From: Chrysomallon squamiferum
Lineage: Eukaryota; Animalia; Mollusca
DNA: 64,000 bases
Direction: 5' to 3'
NCBI GenBank assembly: GCA_012295275.1
Contig: CM022670.1
Location: 39,308,001 to 39,372,000 of the forward strand
The notes beneath the pieces are model-generated. The model was given only the letters and a program-made list of their open reading frames with translations. It was not told where the DNA came from and did not search any database. The position numbers and the translations under genes are program-made. Positions within the stretch are counted from its first letter, which is position 1. Every line of letters starts with the position of its first letter. Positions 56,277 to 64,000 of the stretch are shown piece after piece.

Positions 56277-56777
56277 GAATAAAATTAATAAAACAATCTG
56301 ATTAATGTAAAAATATCAAATATTTTCTCAACATTCTCATACTTCATGTTAGAAAATTGTAATCATTCTTGGTGGTGGCAGTTTAAGAAGAGGTTTGTTA
56401 GGGTGGACGTGGCAGTTTGAAGTATTTTCTGAAACCACGCAGTCTGTAACGAGCCCTGCCACATTTCCCCTCCTAGAAACCACTGATCTTGTTCAAGTAG
56501 GCAGCTGGTTGAAGCAGAGGTTGTTATTTTATGTAATTAAATATTCTGTGTTTCTCTGTACGCTCTTAAGTAAAGGTTGGTCTTGCCGTTCTGCTGTGTT
56601 TGAACAGCATGACGAATATTTCAGTTAGAATGATGTGGAATCCAAGGACGTTTTTTTTTTATTTACAGCAGAATTCTAAACTTATGTTTTTGTTTAGTTT
56701 TTGAAGTGCATTTTGGGTTGATAATTTAAGTTTTGAAAGAATCAAATGCAAGAAAATTAAAGGAATTAATTTTTTTA

Positions 56778-56812
<35 letters not shown>

Positions 56813-57773
56813 TTTTTTTTTTATTTGTATATGTCAGGTTGTTTGTATGATTGTTAATTTGTTGACTAGTAATTGTTTTGAAAGAATCAAATGAAAGAAT
56901 ATTTATCACTTTAATTTATTATTATTATTATTATTATTATATTATTATTTTTATTATTATTATTTTTATTATTATTATTATTATCTTTTTTATTTTTTAT
57001 TATTATTATTATTTTTTTTTTTTGTATATTTTTCAGATTAATTGTAAGTCTGTTATTTTATTGACTAGTAATTGTTTTTGGCATTTTATCTACATAAACC
57101 TTTTTAATTCTCATTTCTTTTGATATTCACTGTTGTTGTTGTGGCCATTGTGTGTTTGTGTTTGTGAAGACATTTTGTGTTGTTATTTGAATGTAATTAT
57201 GTTTTGTTATCCTGCGAATCGGAAAGAAATTAGTTTAGAAACGTCTAAAATAGTCGAAGCAGCCGAACAAACAGCTGCAGGCACACGCAACAGTTGAGCA
57301 AAACAACGAAATCTTTCAAACCGTGTAAGCTTCTTTCAGCTATTTTCAACTTAAAGTCATTATTTCAGATTATCATAGTTGTAACAAGTTTGTGTTTTTT
57401 TTTCTCTCTCAAAAAAAAAAAAAAAAAAAAAAAAAGAAAATGTTGCTATTAATGATAGTGTTAGATGTACATTCCCCAGGCCTTTATCTGTTTTCTTTTG
57501 ATGAAAGGTAAAGCGGGCAAATCAAATCTTCTCTCTGTGAGGGCATTTTGGAAGCCAAAATTCTTCTGATCTTACCTCATCTTGTAATGATCTTGTAATG
57601 GACCGAAATGGGGCTCAGAACAAGAAAACATGTTTTATAAAGCTGATATGTTGCAGTTCCTGTTCGCAGATATGCTAATCAGAAGATTACAGCCTCTTTG
57701 ACATGTATATTGTTTAAAGGGAAGGAAAACTAATCCAGAAAATACTGATGGATCTTATCTTTTTTTTTCTTTT

Positions 57774-57817
<44 letters not shown>

Positions 57818-58468
57818 AATCACCACCCACATGTTTATTACAGAACTCTATCTCTCTGTATAGCTTATCTTGCCTGAAGGCATATAACGTCTTATAATCA
57901 ATTTCCAAAGCTATTTTCATTTATAATCTAGTTAATTAGCATGTTTTATATTTTCTGTTGGATCAGTTCAGAGTGATATCAAGAGATTAGTACACTAGCC
58001 TGTATGCTAGTCTGAGGGATGACTTAACAGATTCTAATATTTTAATATAAATAAGTAAAGCTAATAATAAAATTTCTTCATATCTGTAATTAATAATCCA
58101 GTTCTATCGGAGTTCTGTTGTAATATGATGACACCCATTTTCTTGTAAGTTACAAGATAAAATTAAAATTAAGGTTTAATAGTGAAAATACACATGTATT
58201 TTCACTGTTACTGATTGAGTTTGAGAAATACAATTTAAAATTTTTTATATGGCATTCAAAAAATTAAATTGTTAAGAAAATTAAGCAAGAAAAGTTTACA
58301 TAATAAAAAAGATATGCACATTCCTTTAGATAAATGATTAAGTGTACATACACATTAATGTATATCTGGAAATATATATTCAGAGCCAAATTAACTTTTG
58401 TAAATATATATCCATGGAAACATAATGTACAAAGAGAAATTGGGTGTCGACAGATTTATATCTGTAGT

Positions 58469-58512
<44 letters not shown>

Positions 58513-58534
58513 ACATTAAATAAATCTGTAGTAC

Positions 58535-58567
<33 letters not shown>

Positions 58568-60487
58568 AATAAAACTGTATTGGCTATTGATAGATATATA
58601 TATATATCTATGGAAACGGCAGGTACACAAACGAAAGCAGAATGAACTATTGGCACATACATATCTACAGAAACAGACAGGTGTGCATGTACACAAAGTG
58701 AAATCGGCTACTGGTAATAACAATTAGAGGTTCACGTGAGAAAACATTTTTATGGGATGATCAGTGCCAGCTCGCATGCTAAATATCACTTGGATGATTA
58801 ATTTCCTCGAACCATTAGCCCAGTGTGTGCGTATTGTCATTTATGAATAATATATGCGGCCGGCAGGGGGCAATCCCAGAAGATAATGGGGTGCCGTGCG
58901 TGAATATGAACACAAAATAAAAGATGTTGAAATTAATAAAATATATCGCAAGTAGTAATTGAAGTACATGATAGTAGCGCAGTAATTGTCAGGATGTATT
59001 TTCTGGAAGTGTTTCTCTGAGAGCAAATGAACTGGTGAACTGAGAAATTTGATACAAGTGTCGTCTGTTTTTTTGTGTTAAATGTGTAAAGAAGTGTAGT
59101 TAATATTAGAAGTGAAAAAAAAGAAAGAAAAGTATGTGAATAAATACTTCATGGTCCTAAATGTTATATATATATATATATACACAAACACACATATACT
59201 TAAAAAAATAGATAACCTCGAGAAAAAATTATATTCTGAATTATTTTTATTGATTATATCAAATCTCAATTTAAAAAAAAAAAATTACATAACAAAATAA
59301 AAAATTGTAATATATCTTCAACAAAAAAAAAAAAAAAAAAAATACAATAAAATTATAAAACATTTTTGAATCCTGAAATATTTATTTACATTTTTTTTTT
59401 GTTCGAATTCTAACTTCCTAAACCAAAGATTATTAAAATGAATACATTTTTTAAAAAGGAAAGTGGGTTTGTTATGCTTGCTGTCATTATAAAATCACAT
59501 AGATTGATGTCTGGTAGCCAGTAATATAATTGTGAGATGTAGTTAGTGTACCACTCACACTACAGATAAATGGTCAGATAAAAATCTTCACCCTTCCTAG
59601 TTGTTTCAACAAAGTATGACAATAAAATAATCCTGTTTCAAAATATATGAACAATTTACTCCTTGAGGACTGGAGATCATAACATTATACATATGGAGAA
59701 TTAATAGCTGTATTTTCTTTTTCTGACAAGACAGATATAACTCAAGCAATATAGTCCATTTTTCACATGACATCACAATTACAGAAAAATGACAGCATCC
59801 AGACATTTCTTAAACTGTCCTCTTTTGTTATTGTATGTTAAATAATTTGCAGGTATGCAGAATATAATTAGACTATTTTTGTTTATATCTCATTATATTT
59901 AAACTATGCTGTCACGATTCAGATGTAACTTTGTATTTTCAAAGAAACAAATAAACTACAAATAATCTTCTTTTTTTTTAAATTACAAGCTGGAATAGAT
60001 TATTTTTAAAGGAGTTTTTTTTTTTTTTTTTTTTTTTTTTATCACTTGTTTTCTTAATTACCTTGACTCTGTGTCTGCTTTCTAGATTTTTGATGATCTT
60101 TAAAATTAGAGCCTGTTTTGAAATAATATCTTTTTGCTGAGAGCAAGCCTGCAGATGTTTCATCAGTAGATCTGTCATGCTGGAGAAGGCATTTCTTGAA
60201 AATCGCGATTCCTCTTCGTTTAATCAGGAAGTGATTCAGGTCTGAGTGTCGTCTCGTGTCTGTTAAAAAGTGCGGGTGTCTGCGTGAGTGCTTTTTAAAA
60301 CCTGCCGATAACTGATGTGTTGTGTTAAACACAGATTGTGTTTTTTGTTTTTTTTTAACACAAAAAAATAACTTGCATACAGACAGACTCAGACATGTAA
60401 ACACACACAAGCACAAAAATACAAACTCACACATATTCACACACATGGACACATTAAATTCCTGGTGTGTTCTACAATAATTCTTTA

Positions 60488-60527
<40 letters not shown>

Positions 60528-61704
60528 ATATATTAATAAACTACCAGGCCAAAAATAGCTGAACTATAATTTCAGTAATGGTATAAAAAACAAACTTTGA
60601 AACATTTGCTATAAAAAAAAATATATTTTTTTTATTCCTAATGAAACAAATCAGAGCCATCATTTCCGGTAGTTTCATTGTTTTCTTTTGAAATTAATGT
60701 CTGATCAATCATCGTCTTCAGCATGAGAATATACATGCTGCTATTGTCACTGGATTTTATCTTTTCCCTTTGACCCTGCATTGTTGGTGAGCACGTTGAC
60801 CAAAATATTGATATTCCTTGTTTTCTTTAACACCTCAGCTATCTTTGTCAGTTAATCAGACATGGAGCCATGAACATCTTCTTTGCTGGTGTCAGATAAT
60901 TCAACACCTAACAGTTTGCTTCAGATGTTTGTTTTAATAAGATCCTGTACAGTTCTGTTCTCGAGTCTTTTGTTCCTCACCGATTTCGTTAGACATTTAT
61001 TTCAATAACGTCCTTAATGATTATCTTTTCAGTGGAAGCGAAAAAAGCCTTGTAGGTTTCTCCAAGACATTTATTTCAATGATTTGCTTCTATTTTTGTC
61101 TTACTCTTTTTATTCAGCGATTTTTCTTAAACGAGAATAAATATTCTTACAGTATGTGATTTATATTTTTTTAGCGATTTTTCTTTCATTTTTTTTTTTT
61201 TTGGTTGTTCTTAATATATTTCATATTTTATTAATGTATTATATCCGCACGTTATTTTAATTTTTGTCTTCTTCTTTTTCACCTCACAATTTTCACCTGA
61301 GCATATCCCAGAATATTCCAATAGCATGCAAAAAAAAAAAAAAATCTACTATAATTATTGTTTTGTTCGTAAATGCAGTTTTATGCATGATATAGATTAT
61401 TTTAATATCTTGTAATTTTTTTTTATTGTCAGACATAGATTAGTGGATCTGTATTTTTTGTAACTGAAGGAGTCGAGATATTTTGTTTCTTTCTGATCTG
61501 TGTGTCTGCTGTGTAGGACACTGGCAGGTATACAGACTGTAGTAAGCAGATATGTACATACATACCTTGCTGACCACTGCAGGCCAATATGTTCATCTCT
61601 GGAGATCAATATCTGATTGTCTGCTAAAACCTACATACCATGTTCTGATGAATAGTCAGTCTTTCGTTCTCTTTCATTTTCCCATCATAACTGTACAGCT
61701 GAGA

Positions 61705-62308
61705 TATATGTATGTGTGTGTGTGTGTGTGTGTCTGTGTGTGTGTTTTTTGTTTCATTGTGAGTATATCTGAGTGAGTGTGTGTGTGTGTGAGTGTGTGA
61801 GTGAGTGAGTGTGTGTGAGTGTGTGCTTGTTTATGGATGTATGTATGTGGGTATATGTATATATATGTGTGTGTGTTTGTGTTTGTTGGTGAATATATTT
61901 CTGTATATGGGTATGTATGTCTGTGAATATATGTGTTTTGTTTTGTTGTGTTTGTGTCATTGTGTGCATGTCAGTGTGTGTGAGTCTGCATGCGTTGATG
62001 TGTGTGTGTGTTTATGTGTGAGTGTTTGTGTGTATGTGTGTGTTTGTGAATGTGTGTGTGTTTGTGAGTATATGTGTTCAAGTGTGTGTGTGTGTATGTG
62101 TGTGTGCATGAATGTGTGTTAGTGTATGTGTGTGTGTATGCACGGTTTTTGTGATTGAGTATGTGTGTATATGTGTGTGAGTGTGTGTGTGTGTGTGTGT
62201 GAGTGAATGTGAGTGTGTGTAGGTGTGTGTGTGAGTCTGTGAGTCTGAGTGTGTGTGTGAGTGTGTGTGTATGTGTGTGCAAGTGTGTGTGAATGTGAGT
62301 GTGTGTGT
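61705..62308. repeat. Degenerate (TG)n/(TGAG)n low-complexity tract
   Basis: Direct reading. Confidence 0.9.
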
Positions 62309-64000
62309 TTTTAGGAAGCGGCTTGTTACTGAATCGACGATGAGTTGTGTAAACTTCGACCCTGGTGACAGGCGGAGTCTAAGAAACAGTAATTACCTCT
62401 TTTACACCGGAGCATCTTGTTCACAGCAACGCCTGCTTGTACCGTGCAGATTAACTAACTAATGATCAGCATATGCTTGTTACTTCCACTCAGGGTTGGT
62501 TTCATCCATTTAGGGTGCTGCCTGGTCTGTAGGGAGCCACTGTTGTGTGGAGAATTCCATTAATTGTTCTGGCTATTGATTCTCAGATACTGGCAGATCT
62601 GGCTGTTGCATTCGTTTTGTTCAGTTGGTGTTTGTCTCTTGAACACAGCAGACATTACCTGTAAATTGTCAACACTTTTTAATTGGCAAGTTTTCTTTCT
62701 GTTTTTTTTTTTTTGTTCAGTCTTTGTTAATGATGTAGTGAGGATTTTATGGTGGTTTTTTTTTGTTGGTTTTTTTTTTTTGTTGTTCAAAAGAAAAAAA
62801 ATTTGGTTGTTATTTCTTCAGAGGAAAGTGCTGTGATTGTAATGAAAAACTTGTTGATGTTTTGTGAAGAGGAGTGTGTGTCATTTCATTTAAACACTTA
62901 ACTTTGATGATTATTTAAAATCATGTTTTGGGATAATTGTGAAGAAGAAAAAAAAAATGAAAAAAGAAGAAGAAAGGAAGTATTTAAATGCTGTAAAGTA
63001 ATGTGTAGCACGTAATGATTTGGAGTTCCTGTCAGGACTGGAAGTGTGGCCAAATGAACAGCTGATGTGTTTTGTCTCAAGTAAAAAAAAAAAAAACCCA
63101 GTGAAATCTGAAGAGCTATACTGATAAGATTGATGACCAAAAAAAACAAACAACAGGAATGTTTCATTAAGGATTAAACAAGATCAATTTACTTTATTTT
63201 TTATTTTTTTGTTATTATTTTTTTTTTTTTTTTACTTTCAAAATATTCAAAATATTCCATATTTTCAAAATAATTTTTTTTGACATCACAACAACAATTT
63301 ACGGTGTTTCCATGAAGGAGTATACTTCATCGCTGATACTTGAACACGACAAAGATTCTGACCAGTTGTGATTACTAAGATGGCTGGATATAATATCTGC
63401 CAGATGGACCAGATTGTGTTTTACCTGGGCGGATTATCTGTTTATGTAAGTCGTGTGTTTATTGTGTGTTTAATCTGAGCATTGATTACTTCCGTTCTGT
63501 TTGGTGTCCATTGATTGATGTTTGTTTGTGTTTCGTGTTTTCATCTGTTCATTTTGTACTCTGAGTTAAATTGCTTCACACAGATAACTTCTTCTTTTTC
63601 TTTTTTCTTCATCTTTTCTGTTAATTACTTTGCCTTAGTGTTTTAGAAAAAAAAGAAAACTCAATCAAAATGTCATCCTGAAAAAAAAAAAAAAAAAAAG
63701 GCAATTGTCTCTTTTGAGTTCATCCTCCAGTGCGTGTATTTATTTCTGTTGTATGTGTGGTGATTTATTTTTACTTACAAAAGTGTTCTTATCAAATTGA
63801 AATGCAGATTAGATTGTGTAATATAGGAAAATGTGAAAAGTAATCACAGCTGGCATATTTTTATTTCAGTCATTCTTTATATTAATACCATGTTTACTGT
63901 TAATTTAAACTCTTTGGATTATTTCATTTTTGGTATTTTTCTGTTATAATCTGGCCTTTTTTTACTTTTTCCTAATATTATAACTAATAATGTTAGTTAT

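Noticed and set aside
55591-56301. Several MYVC/HTYI-rich ORFs on both strands
   Set aside because: Artefacts of the (TATG)n microsatellite.
56720-57080. ~150-200 nt direct duplication with (ATT)n core
   Set aside because: Ordinary local intronic duplication with no TIR, TSD or coding signal.
61754-62462. CV/HT-rich ORFs
   Set aside because: Derived from the (TG)n tract; the complex tail at 62314-62462 matches no dystrobrevin segment I recognise.

Overview
AT-rich, microsatellite-rich animal genomic DNA with GT-AG spliceosomal introns. It looks lophotrochozoan/mollusc-like, but the taxon is an inference. Three intron-split genes can be assembled by hand with consistent exon phases. (1) Phosphoglucomutase (PGM1-like), minus strand, 10 coding exons, 5075-11499, 562 aa. 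(2) Head-to-head with it, the lysosomal amino-acid transporter/mTORC1 sensor SLC38A9, plus strand, 15 coding exons, 12687-20165, about 537 aa. (3) A large dystrobrevin gene, plus strand: likely promoter near 22100-22400, coding exons 28124-52515, and C-terminal coiled-coil exons not found in the window. The most unusual structure is inside dystrobrevin. The end of an EF-hand-region exon together with its 5' splice site has been amplified into a ~2.25 kb, ~65-copy minisatellite whose proximal copies are mostly in frame. The next exon's donor is triplicated in frame as well. One dystrobrevin exon is scrambled, probably by assembly error. Most other ORF-track entries are simple-repeat artefacts.
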